A DNA stretch of 63,983 nt, counting the filler, from Sphacelaria rigidula (taxonomy: Eukaryota): NCBI GenBank assembly GCA_964200075.2. It is 11 parts of 11 records of this genome, joined end to end, with 100 filler letters (N's around TTAATTAATTAA, not from the genome) between each part and the next. Parts side by side here need not be neighbours in the genome. Positions count along the whole stretch, not along the records: positions 46,609 to 52,333 come from CAXNAA020024937.1; positions 52,434 to 58,158 come from CAXNAA020024938.1; positions 58,259 to 63,983 come from CAXNAA020024939.1; 8 more parts are not named here. One strand, written 5' to 3'. The notes under the pieces were generated by a model. That model was not told where the DNA came from. It worked only from the letters and a program-made list of their open reading frames with translations, and ran no database searches. This document shows, in pieces, positions 51,786-63,735 of the stretch (positions are counted from its first letter, which is position 1; each line of letters starts with the position of its first letter). The position numbers and the translations under genes are program-made.

Positions 51786-52501
51786 TAGATGTCCAGCGAT
51801 AGTAAAAGCGAGGCAGGCAAACCAGCTCCGCCTTTTGCTCTCTTTCTTCCGACTTCCTTCTGACATCTAACTTACTGCTGTCCACGTCTACCCCTCGGTA
51901 GAACATGGAACGCCAAGTACATCTCCTCGCGTACGTTAGGTATTGAAAGTGACTGGGGACTATCACGGATCTTCGACAATAATAAAACCTTTTCGATCAT
52001 CTCCATCATCGAGACACGCTCGACTGCTGCCTGAGCTACAAATTGCTCCAGCGTCTGAAACTGGGAAGCGGTGTTCACACCCGTGAACCTCATGGAGTGA
52101 GATTACTTTAACATGATGTCGTCTACACGAGAGTCACTTATCGTGACTTCAGGTGAAGGGAAGCACGATTGTTTAGGAGTCGAGCCTTATTTTTCTGTTC
52201 AACCCCATTTCTCACGGTCCCTTGTTTATATGGACGAGTCATGCTACGATAGGGGGTGGGTGGGTGGGGGGTACTCATGATCATGCATGCCATAGTCATC
52301 AGATCATTGACCTCGCATCCCTACAAAGCCAGANNNNNNNNNNNNNNNNNNNNNNNNNNNNNNNNNNNNNNNNNNNNTTAATTAATTAANNNNNNNNNNN
52401 NNNNNNNNNNNNNNNNNNNNNNNNNNNNNNNNNGGTCAGTAGTCTGGTTGGTTGCCTCTTAAACCGTCACATCGCGCTCTATTTTGGCGTGACTCGCAAG
52501 T

Positions 52502-52602
52502 GGGGCGGGGTGTACTCATGATCTTGCATGCCGTAGTCATATTACTGTTGACTTTGCATCCTTACAAGCCGGGACGGAGCACGCCGGGTTTTCGCCGGGC
52601 CA
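52502..52602 (-). mobile_element. CT-2 3' end stacked on a CT-1 copy
   Basis: G-run plus TGTACTCATGATC; other end abuts the G-run of CT-1. Confidence 0.75.
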
Positions 52603-53720
52603 GGGGGGGGGGCGTGCTCGTTTGGTGCCTGCCTCAGTAGTTTGACTGTTGACCACACATCCCTTCCAAAACGGAGCACCGTTCGTATTCCTAAGAAAAA
52701 TACCTCCAACATTTGGGCGCTCAGTACGTTTCTTCCGTACATTACACACAAACCCTTTTACATATCCTATCCCGTTCTCGTTTCGCCGTGTCTAGCCACC
52801 ATCTATCTCCCAGTGTAGCGATCATTTTCTCGCTACTGCCTAATGTACCAAACGATTCCATGCCACCTTCGCTTACTTGCCACATTTCTCCCTCCTACCA
52901 CGTCCCGTTCCTCCTTTCATACTTCACAGCATACATTTTCGTCCGGGCAACACACGTCATCCCCGATGTATCTCTTGATCCTAGCACTATTTTATCGCCG
53001 AAACTGCACCGCGCTGACCTGCACATTCTGCACGGGTCGCATTAGAATCAATGGTGCTTCAAACGTTTTGGGTGTAACTCAAGAAGCTTCTCCGAAGTAC
53101 AACGTTGACGACCGGGGCTGCGTTGAAAATTCCATGTTTCCTATTTGCTTTTGGCGAATTAGGTTAGACTGGGCGAACATGCCACGATGTCGGACGTGCG
53201 GGAGCTACTCCGCCCCAGGGGCCTGCTAACCGTGGATGTTGAAGCTCTGCTTCGCGATCCCGTAAACGTGGAGATCAGCAAGAGCGTCAAGAAAAGGGAC
53301 GTGGGGGGGTGTGCAGGAAGTACCGTCAGCTTCGAAATCACAGGTGCGTGAGGTGCATTGAAGTCTCACGCACACATGGCGCATTTTGCTACGCAACCAG
53401 CACGCGATCCCGGCTACTGAATCGACGCTTTCCAGCAAAGTGAGATGTTTCAAACGTTGAAACTTTTGCATTTTTCGTGGAGAAGGAGAAACGTACGGAG
53501 GCTGTTTTCAAGGATGCACCTACAATGAACAAGGCACCCGCGTTTCGACCGACACTTTTGGGATTTCACCCAAGCCCACTGTGGACCGTTGGCTGAACCA
53601 AACCTGATTTAGCGGGTTCGCCATCTTGGCGCGTCCGCAGGGCGCCGCGAGCATGTCTGGACAATGAACAGCTCATCTATGCGAAGCCCCGTTTGACCAA
53701 ACATGAATATCCGACTGGCT
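52603..53720 (-). mobile_element. Longest CT-1 LINE copy, with possible highly decayed RT region
   Basis: 3' ~320 bp clearly matches 17479-17800; upstream RT-like remnants VKRGFA*MSCSLS and TVGLGEIP are weak. Confidence 0.55.
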
Positions 53721-54086
53721 ATCGGGTGACCTCATGACCCACGGCGTTGTGCGCGTGCGCGTGGGCCTGTAAGCCGCTGTTTACATGCCAGCACGTTTGT
53801 GTATGCGTCTGCGTCAGGGTCACAAACGCAGTAACCCCAGCACAATTCAGCGCATTCGGATGTAGTGGAGTATGGTCAAAGGACAGACATACGTACGACG
53901 TGATAACGAACCGGGGAATTATGGTGTGTTTCAGTCTGGAGGCACTCGAATACCTCTAGATCTCTTGTAAGGTGAAACGTGAGGTCTCTTGTGAGGTGGA
54001 ACGAAACATCTTTCATGAGGTGAGACATGAGATCATGGTAGCACCGCATAAGGTCGCAACGGTCCGTGCTGTGAACCGGAGCCCTT

Positions 54087-54650
54087 CCCCCCCCACGCCC
54101 CAGTAGGGTTGGCGTCGGTTCGCAACGACGCTGTAAAACACGCCACTCAGTGCATAAGCTAGGCAACCAGGTGACCGACCGCTTTTTTACGCTTGCGTTC
54201 CATTTGTGGTAACCATGATGACGTCGTGCTGGTCGAGCTAGCTGGTCGAGCTAGCTGGTCCAGCTAGATCACATCGTGCGGAGTGGAAAGTCTCAACTTC
54301 GCACAAAGGGTATGGCCGTACTTCGTAGTGTTTGAATGATAAGACACCCATGAGGCAGTGAAATCTGTGACTTCCTGGAAGTAGCGATACAAGAAAATGA
54401 AGCAGCTCATTCACGGCTATCATCCATATGCAAGACAATTAATACGTTTGGGGCCGAGTAATCTCAGCAGGATGCAGCTCACCCCTCATGCGACTCAGCG
54501 TCCACACCCCGGCGCCTCGCGCTTTGTGCTTGATTGCAAGCCTGGTCCGGCGGAAAACCGATGTTTTTCGTCCCGGCTTTGTAGCGATGCGAGGTCAGTG
54601 GCCATATGACTACGGCATGCAACATCACGTGTACCCCCCCCCCCCCCTCC
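54087..54650 (+). mobile_element. CT-2 non-autonomous retroposon between C-runs
   Basis: Collinear with 14204-14735; C-runs on both sides. Confidence 0.75.
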
Positions 54651-55690
54651 CCTTCCCTTCCCGCCGTGGTCCCCCGTCGCCTTCGCCCTCTCGTCCTGTC
54701 GCATCATACTTATCATGCCATCTACGGAAACACTTCTCGCTGTCGTTCGGGGAAGCAGAAGTTTTCGTGACCTGTGCATCGATGCCTGCGGACGTTCCCA
54801 ACCGGTGGCTCACCTTCTGCGTGGAGGGGCGACCGCAAGATGTCCAGGCTTACCTTGAAACAGAGAAATATGGCCAATACTTAGTATCGCTCATGTTGCA
54901 GAGCGATTCGATACAAGCGGGGTACCCAGAGTTTGTGTGTCGCATGTGCCCGTGATTCGTTTCATCTCGAATCAAATGATACCCAAACGCGTGGCAGTTA
55001 TTTCGGCCACAGGTCCTTCCGTGAGCCTTGGACATAACGGTTCGGCGTGTTTTTTCACCGAAAATGCGAGTGGTGCTGGGGCCCGCGCAAAACATATTCT
55101 TACATTTTTTGTTTCCTTTTTTTCAGCATTGCTGCTTAGAATGGAACCTCAGCACTACCACCATAACAGACGTCGTTTTATAAATTGCGACCACACCTAA
55201 TCTGCAGTTGAACAGTCAGCCATGATGCTCGATACTTCGGACGTCACTCTGTGGTCGTTTGGTTCCCAGGGCTTGGTTCATACTGTAGGCTAATCTACTG
55301 CTGTAAATACTGTTCGGTGCAGAGACGAGGATGTTCTTGCACGGTATACGTAAAGAAGTGTTTTACGACGGGGTATTACCGTACATCGGATTCAGAGTGG
55401 ATGCTCTAGCGTTCCTTACAGGCATATTCTTTTTTTTTTGCTTGAGCACACGTCCTGTGCATGCAGCTACCGTACAGTACCCCATTTGAGGAATTCGGCG
55501 GTCTGGTTGGTGAGATACCGCACAAAGCATTTTTACGCCTGGGGGGGCATTTCAGAACTGAAAGTGTTACAGGCACTAATGACAAGGTTTTCGTGAGATT
55601 GAGAGTTGGGTGTGTTAGAAAATGAGGCTGTGGAGCGATGCTCTTCAACGCTTCGTATGGTATTGACTTTATATATATATATATATGTAG

Positions 55691-55952
55691 TGTTGGGATC
55701 GCAGGTACCGGTCACGAAGGTTTGGTCTGATGTGGGGGCGTATAATGTGGGATAGCAGCTGTTATACATGTAGTACTCTTCTCTTTGAACGTCTACCCCG
55801 GTGGGTTGTTTGTATGGTTTTGCCCACAAGCGGCACCTTGAACACTATCTTCTGTCTACACTCCGAAGCAGCCTGTCTGCTTGCTTGACTTACCCGCCAT
55901 TGCGCCAACCCTAGCGATCACGACAAATGGGTTCCGAGTGAATCCTCCAACA
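55691..55952 (+). repeat. Probable 5' LTR of the copia element (262 bp)
   Basis: TGTTGG...CCAACA termini; followed by CGTTTATTGAGCC, resembling a copia GGTTATG.GCCC primer site. Confidence 0.65.
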
Positions 55953-58158
55953 CGTTTATTGAGCCTCGACTCGTGCTGGTGCTGACGGAGCGGACGTTTG
56001 ACCTTGAAATGAAGGAAGGAAGGGCAGCAGCAAAAGGACAGATCTTTGCTGGAAAACAACGTGAGTTGAGTCGAAGTAACACGGCACTGTGTGTGTCTGG
56101 CACTACAACAGTGCGTTGCGTTACGATTGAAGACAGCACTTACTTTGTGCGCACCTGGCATCATCGCAGTACGGAGATATCGCTTCGGTACGAAGTGATA
56201 ATTTTTTTTAAAGCGGGATAACCGCAGGTGAACAGGAGTAGCTCTGCAACTGTGACGACACGCATCTACTCTCGACTGGCGCTACAGCAGGGCGTGTGAT
56301 GTATTCCTTGAGGAGACGACAACAGCGTGCGCAGCACCACGGCTGACCTGCGGGAACAGTAACAGTCAGTAGTCGGATCCTTTTTTCGGAAAGAAATTTT
56401 GCCGCGCTTACATCTTGTACACTGACTCTCTATCTGCACCTGTCAAGCTGCCCAAGTGAAGCGGCGTGGTGGGGGACATACCTGGGTTCGATCCATCTGC
56501 ATTCTTTTTTTTCGCGACCTCCCTCGACAAGTCAAGCGGCGGTGATCGAGGCCGATTGTGTGGTGGTATCGGAACACGTTATACTATACTCCTTACGTTG
56601 GAGCAAAGCGACGAGGAGGATTATCATGGCGGGCAATGACAGTATTCGTGCGGTACTTAAGTTGTGTACAAAATTTGGTGGCGGAGACAAGGCTAGTTTC
56701 CGAGAGTACCAAGACAAAGTACGGGTGATCCTCTCCCTCCACCATAATGCGGCGGCAGAAATTCTGCAGGGGCGGCAGAGACCCGCACGCACCGTAATTG
56801 GTGATGAACCGTCAACCCGTGATACGGCAGCCTCACTGGCTTGGAATCGCGCAAACAATGACCTGTTCAGCATCTTATTGTTCACCACCGAAAAATCAGC
56901 GAACAATACCGTGAGACGTTTCATGGGGAAAACCCAGGAGGACGGGGTTGAAAATGGCCAAGCAGCGTGGGCAGCGCTGCAAGAAAAATATGACGGCAGC
57001 ACAAAAGAGGCACGCAGGGAATTCCATGATGAACTCCACAACACGACGATGCCGTCAGGGGATGATTCGGAAGATTTTTGTTTGTCATGGATGGCTACCG
57101 TGACCGCCTGGAGGAAATGGGGCAGTCCGTGCCTGACGAACGATATGAGGACATTATCCTTCCAGCCTTACCTGCCGAGTACGATAGGGTCCGCATTGCT
57201 AGCTGTGAGAGGCGCGATTTTAATTTGTCGGACCTCAGATACATGGTCAGCACCATGTATGCTGACTACCTTTCACGACCGGGCGCCACCAGCTCGGTCG
57301 CAGGCCGCGGGGTTGCTACGCAGGCTGGTGGATGGAATGATGGCAGTAAAAGAAATCAAGTAACATGCTACCACTGCGGAAAGCAAGGTCACGTTAGGAG
57401 AATTTGCCCCGCCCGAAGTGCGACCCGAACACTGACAGGGGGGAGACGGTCAGGATGGGGGAAGCAATGGGAATGTAGGCCAGTGGTGGTGCTCTTTCCA
57501 CAGGTCAACAACTCACAGCGAAGAAGAGTGCCGTTGCTTGCAACAGCGCAACCAGCAGACAGCCAATTTCGCACAATGGTCAGGGTATCCACCAGCCACC
57601 GGTACAAGGGAGCACCCTCCCGCCATCTCCTTTAATGCCCTAAAAGCGCCCAAAGCGAACGATCCCCAAGCGGGCAACCTTTGGCCTTTCGCTCCAACGA
57701 ACAAAGCTGTTGCTTCTTTTGACAGCAGCGGCCTCTTCGGCGCCTTCGAAGGGGCCGACGGAGAGGAGGCCGGGGGTCCGGGGTTCTGGTGCAGAGCTCG
57801 CAACCTACTGCGGGGAATCAGGGAGACACTCTCCCCCCTAGTGCGCGCGCTGGCCGTGATAGCCGTAGTCCACTACGTCTGGTTGATGTTCGGGAACTCA
57901 TTATACCCCCAGGCCACGTCGAACCTCGACGACACCGCTGAAACGTTTGGCGGAATCACCGATGCTGGTGATGGGACGGCTCTCGCGGCAGGACCCGCTC
58001 TTGACAAAAGTGGACTGAGGGTAGCAATAGCCATGTCAGTGTCATGGTAGACAATGGTGCGTCGGGACAATACTTCGATGATACCCTCATCCCGGGGCTA
58101 CGGTATAAACTTCACAACTACCAAGAACGGGCGACCCCGCGTACGATCACCACTGCAG
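55691..58158 (+). mobile_element. Ty1/copia LTR retrotransposon, 5' part (LTR, gag, protease start), frameshifted
   Basis: gag from ATG 56626 with AWAALQEKY, ILPALPAEY and CYHCGKQGHVRRIC; protease MVDNGASG; cut by scaffold end. Confidence 0.9.
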
Positions 58159-58258
58159 NNNNNNNNNNNNNNNNNNNNNNNNNNNNNNNNNNNNNNNNNN
58201 NNTTAATTAATTAANNNNNNNNNNNNNNNNNNNNNNNNNNNNNNNNNNNNNNNNNNNN

Positions 58259-58616
58259 TGTGTTGTCGTCCCATTTATTCTGGGCGCCAGTGGACACCTT
58301 TCGGTATATGTGGGCGCATCAGCCGGGGTCACACAAGATGAAGGTCAACACAGGAGCTTTTTCTTTTTTATTTGTTTATGATACCCCACCTTCCTTCTGC
58401 GGTGCTTGCCTTTTTATTATTTTTTTATCGCGAGAGGGGTTCAGCAGTCCCTTTCCTCGTCGACCGTTGAGTCGAATTTTGTGTACCCACGACATTTTCG
58501 CTCTCCACTGTTGGGCACGGTGTGAGAAAAGATCCCAGATCGCTCCGGGAACCAAACCCCACTACTCAACCGTCAGAGGGTTACCAGGCTACCAACTGAG
58601 CCACCGGGGCGACCGG
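58259..58616 (-). mobile_element. tRNA-derived SINE (~360 bp)
   Basis: Pol III A/B boxes at head, CAACA-type tail; collinear with 62888-63250. Confidence 0.85.
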
Positions 58617-59028
58617 ACTATTTGACTTTATTACCATGCTTGTGTTGAATATACCGGGAATCTCGAGTTTGAGATACCTCTGATAGCGAAGGTATCTCCA
58701 AGTAAATTACTGTTAAATACACTAGGAACTCGAGTTTGATGTATCTCTAATGGATAGTACATTTTGCCAGGTATTTTCCCAGATTTCACCTGTGGCCCAT
58801 ACACCTCGAGTGTGATGATGAGTTGGAAGTCGAAACATGTAGTATAATCATGCCCACCCTTCATTTGTGTCAATAGCGCACACAGAACTGCTGGAAGACG
58901 AGCGAAGGAGAATAATCAAGTAGTACGTGAGTCTTCTTGTCCGTTTTGCGCTTCTCTTTACATTCGGTCGTCGGTCATTTCTAGTAGCCACTACTTTTCC
59001 CTGCTCAACCACAAATAAAATAAGTTAA

Positions 59029-59134
59029 CCCTTAGATCGCGATGCTGGTAGTCAGTCTATCTGGACCACGCATACTTTCTTCAAGTGAATATTGATGCCG
59101 ATTCAGCAGGTGACCTACCCTTGCGATCAAGGGG
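59029..59134. mobile_element. 106-bp piggyBac-like MITE
   Basis: TTAA-CCCTTAGATCGCGA...TTGCGATCAAGGGG-TTAA. Confidence 0.7.
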
Positions 59135-60639
59135 TTAAGTATGCTTGGGAGTAATATATTTGGACCCATCTGGCCGACGTGAAAAAAGCGGTGCGGGGAA
59201 AGAAAACGAAAACGTAAGATACGAGATACGAAGATCGGTCAGATCGGGGAACTGGATACGGGTGGAAGGCTGGTTCAAGAGCTGAAGTTGGGAAATTCAC
59301 AAGTTGGTTCAGTGCAGCAAGTTGGCCATGTGGCAGCGAGCGACATTGGTGGGAAGCCAGCTGGCAGAGAAAGCGGGTAGACAAGAGCGATGGTGGCATC
59401 TTCGCGAAACATATTTCAACTCGTAAATTCTACTATATCAAGTGCATTTTTCTTACATCCCGATTAACCAGCTCATCAGCACGGACACATTGCTCTGATG
59501 ACAGCCGATGCGAAAAGGCTCAATAATGTAGTCACAGCCAGGGCGGGTCATCAGCTCTGTCAGCGTCAAAGATGACCTACCCTCATTGTCAAGCCTGAGG
59601 GGGTTGACGATTAAGCATCTTATGACATTCGGTGGTGAGTCACTTCGTATATCGAAATGTATATCGTGTGCTGTTGTGTGCGGTGCGACGTGTCTACCTC
59701 CTTAGCACACTATACAGCACAGACATGCAGGTAGATCGTGTGATACATTTTGCCAGTAGTCATGAAACGCGAGAGTGAGCGATCAGCGCGTGCTGCTCGC
59801 CCCGAGAGAGTTGTGCTCCAGTCAGCGTTAGGGCGCGCAGCGCACGAGCCTTCGCGTGCCTTCGCGTGCGCAGGATTTTCCCGCTTCATGTTCTGCTCGT
59901 CTCAAAATTACTCGAGTATCTTTCGATGAGACCGACCTGTAGCGGAGGTACCCCAAGCCGTATGTGCTGGTTGCGGACCGCTCTAAGGGCTGGATCTACA
60001 TCTCAAGCAGCACGGCATTCAATTTCCTGCAGTGAATGCGGGGATGGTAGTGATCTTGAAGCACGAGAATCCACGCACCCTCATCTTCTAGGTAGATGCA
60101 TGTGCCTGTATTACTGCTTTTTGAACGGCAGTGTGCACCATACCCGGAAATGCCGTCACAGACATTCGATAGACGAGTGTCATGAGGGGGTCTTGTGTAC
60201 CTGTCTGTGTGGATAACCATGACTTACCCTGCCGCGTATGGGCGGCATCAAACAACAATCTTACTGTAGCCCCGTGGCGCAGAATCTCTTTTATGTATGT
60301 GTGAAGTTAGCCTCCCCGGGATCTGTTCTCCGTACAAGTGGCATACAGTTTCTCCGGTGTCGGTTCTCTATCGAACTGACATACATTCTGCAACGACATG
60401 GCTTCAATTCATTCTCACCTCGGCGGCAGCCTTGCTGAAGGCCAACAGGGAGACCACGCCTGCGAGCATCGCATAAAGCTTCGAAAACAACATGGTGATA
60501 TCCTGAATTATTGCTGTAGGATACTAACTCTTAACCCTTTATCTATGGTGTGGTGCAGATTGTCGTGCGTGCTGTTGGTGGATTGTGTTGTGATATAGGT
60601 GGCGGGCAGGACGGGCAGGGGGGGTGGGGAGGATGGCTG

Positions 60640-61300
60640 TGGCTGGCAAACGATCGCCGATCAACAAAATAATTATCAGAAACTTCTTATGGATTTCCCG
60701 AACCGAGAGCGGTCGCAACCGCACCAAAGATCCAATCGTGGCGGGGTTTCTAGGATATTCGGTGACGGAAGCAAGTGCTTCTGTGAATAAAAAACGTCTT
60801 ATTAGCTACGGCGGGTTCCATGCGATTGGTGCACTTCGAGCTTCAATTTTGTGGACCTGAGAGGTTGGGATCTTGGCACAGAGTAGTACCTTGTAGAGTG
60901 ACTTTGTTGTTTGTGACGACCAATTTGCATAGAATTTTGCTTGGGCGCGTTGAATTCCGCTCCCGCGGCGCCGGAGTGTCTCGGATAGGTCTGACCGCTT
61001 TCCTCATGATGAGCTTTGCCTTCAAGAGGTCTTGCCGTTGAATTATTCTCGAGTTGAATTATTCTTGTGGGCGAGGGAGTCAACACCGGAATTTCATCGG
61101 CACCAAAATCAGGATAGTTGAGGATGCGCATACATGTTTCGGATTATATCTACGATTTCCCTGCAGTAATAGACCACAAACGTTTCGCACTCAAATCATA
61201 CGCGCGAGCGCTATACTCGTACCAATACTTGTTCGTATCTCACCCTTCTATCCGATACATGTTTGGCGTTTTGTATGGTATCCGGTATCTTCGACATTCC
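60640..61300 (-). pseudogene. Possible decayed Plavaka-type transposase
   Basis: Ordered remnants ETFVVYYCREIVDIIRNMYAHPQL, KLVVTNNKVTLQG, VREIH...ILLIGDRL. Confidence 0.35.
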
Positions 61301-61538
61301 ATCTTACCACGTGACACATCAGCAGTGCAGCAAACTGGTTCGAACAAACCTTCGCCGTACTGTACCTTCGACGAACAAGAATATTATTATGTTGTGCTCG
61401 TCGTCTCCGCTGTTCTTGGTGATTTTTCCTGGAGTACCTCACCTACCATCACACGATATCATTTAGCTTTACGGTACACATTATCCACAACTTCAATTTT
61501 TTTGCCCGTCACATTTTAGGCGAAAATTATAAAATTAT

Positions 61539-62740
61539 GAGAGTCTCGGAGAACAAAAATAGGCAAAAAATCTCAGGGATAATAGCAGAGAGTTTCGGAA
61601 AACGTGTTTTTTCAAATCTTAGAGTCAGAGTGGAAGGAAATACAGCCGGTAACGGTGCACTTTCCGCTATGAAGGTTTTTTCAGAGCGTTTTTTTCAGAG
61701 TGAGAGTGCCGTTTGCACCACCTCACTCTGAAAACCGTTGTTCCTCTTCAGAGCCCATAGCGGAATGAAGAAGGACCACGCCCACCTTCACCGCCATGGT
61801 CACGTCGAGTCCAAAGTCAACACACCTTAACAAGCAAAGTGGGACATTCATCATCCATCAAAACTGCCGTACTCATCACAATGAGCCATTCACGAAGTAG
61901 AAAAGCTTGACGTGGGAATCAGAAGATCTCCCTGACGCCGCCATGGTATCAGCATTCGCCTGGTTGTGTTGCGTGAATATTCAAATGCTCGACGGGCACA
62001 CGTTGCGCTTGGGTCTAGTTCCTCACTCTTGCCAGCCTCAGCTGTAAGAAGACGGTGTGAACGACTCGTGGTCTGCAACGCACAAGCAGTACTACACCTG
62101 GCGACATTGCCATTTCGTTAGAGGTCATGACTTTTTGCATCACATATATGGGTGGCATGTTGGGAAATCATCACGATGCGGCCTTGCCTGTTGTTCGAAA
62201 GTGCTGCCTACTGCCTACTACTTTTGTACTGTTGTTCTGCTGTGTTAGTGTACAACTGACTGTACGGCATCGCTGTAGTTCACCGTACCGCGATGTACTG
62301 CTGTAGGGTTCTGCGTTGCACTCTCTATACTGCGCTGGCTGTAGTCTGCACTGCATAGCCCCACATCACTACAGTACCCTGTGGTGCGCCGTGGTGGATT
62401 GAAGTACTACAGGTGCAATGAAGTGTGGTGTACAGCACGTACGCTGCCGCAGGGTATGGTGCAGCAAATGCTGTCTTGACTGGTGCATTTTCGGACTGCA
62501 CATGACTGCACGCTGAACGATCGCACATTTATTTGGCGGCACAACCTGCGGCCAATTACTGCGGGAAAAACAAAGTCCACATCAAGCAACGTCACACCAG
62601 CTTCCGCGATCAAGTTTTTAGCGTCCACTCTGAAGTTTCAACGCTTTCACTCTGCGCTCTGAGATAAAAACACAATCTTCCGAAACTCTCTAATTACTGT
62701 TTGAAATTTTGGCTCAAAACCTTTTTTTCCCGAAACTCTC
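61539..62740. mobile_element. ~1.2-kb non-autonomous element with ~110-bp imperfect TIRs (GAGAGT.TCGG)
   Basis: 61539-61636 is the reverse complement of ~62640-62740; no clear TSD. Confidence 0.6.
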
Positions 62741-62887
62741 TGAATGAATGTGCGCTCAACAAAATTCGTTGCAGCAAGCCGCAACAACAACAGCAAAAGT
62801 CCGCGAGAGCTGCGTTATCTTTCAGATTTCCAGCCAATTTTTCGCGGAGCCGCAACAACAACAACAGCGCAACAACACCCATGTATA

Positions 62888-63250
62888 TGTGTTGTGTGTG
62901 TTGTCATCCCATTTATTCTGGGCGCCATTCTGCACCTTTCGGTATATATATGTGGGCGCACCAGTCGGGGTCACACAGGAGGAAGGTCAACACAGGAGCC
63001 TTTTCTTTTTGTTTGTTTTTACTACCCCACCTTCCTTCTGCGGTGCTTGCCTTTATTTTTGTCGCGAGAGGGGTTCAGCAATCCCTTTCCCTCGTCGACC
63101 GTGAAGTCGAATGTCGTGCACCCACGACGTAGTCGCTCTCCACTGTTGGGCATATTGTGAGAAAAATCCTAGATCGCTCCAGGAATTGAACCCCACTACT
63201 CCACCATCAGAAGATTACGAGGTTACCAACTGAGCCACCGGGGCGACCGG
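62888..63250 (-). mobile_element. tRNA-derived SINE, full length
   Basis: Sense head CCGGTCGCCCCGGTGGCTCAGTTGG...GGTTCAATTCC; CAACA-type tail. Confidence 0.87.
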
Positions 63251-63277
63251 CCACAAACACCTACCTATAATACTATA

Positions 63278-63735
63278 ATATTCGTGAGATGCAGAGTGTA
63301 ATATCGGGATTCAGAGTGAGACCCGAAACAATTGACTTTCCCGTCGATATTGACATCGCCACAGTTCGAGGAGTAATGCGCCTAGCTGGTGAAGCGGTGG
63401 CTTCAATGAAAGCTGTCACCTACACGATCAATTTGACACATCACTTGATCGCAACGACGTAGTCAGTCCATTGCAACAAAATGTCCCCTATTTCCGGAAA
63501 AAACGATTAGTGCCTGAAACACTTTCTTCAGCTCCGAAATGCCCCCCCAGGCGTAAAAATGCTTTGTGCGGTATCTTACCAACCAGACCGCCGAATCCCT
63601 CGAATGGGGTACTGTACGGTACCTGCATGCATACACAGGACGTGTGCTCAAGCAAAAAAAAGAAAGTTGCCTGTTGTAAGGAACGCTAGAAAATCCACTC
63701 TGAATCCGATATTACGCTCTGAATCTCACGAATAT
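63278..63735. mobile_element. MITE with ~40-bp TIRs; inverted partial copy at ~55385-55590
   Basis: ATATTCGTGAGAT.CAGAG.GTAATATCGG.ATTCAGAGTG at both ends in inverted orientation. Confidence 0.78.

Noticed and set aside
52502..54650. GGGGGTACTCAT...ATGAGTACCCCC as TIRs of one DNA transposon
   Set aside because: The two end types are homologous and usually occur in the same orientation, singly or stacked, with variable opposite ends; this fits retroposon 3' ends better
54488..54955. 155-aa ORF as a gene
   Set aside because: First half is CT-2 and a C-run; the rest has no recognisable homology or clear donor site
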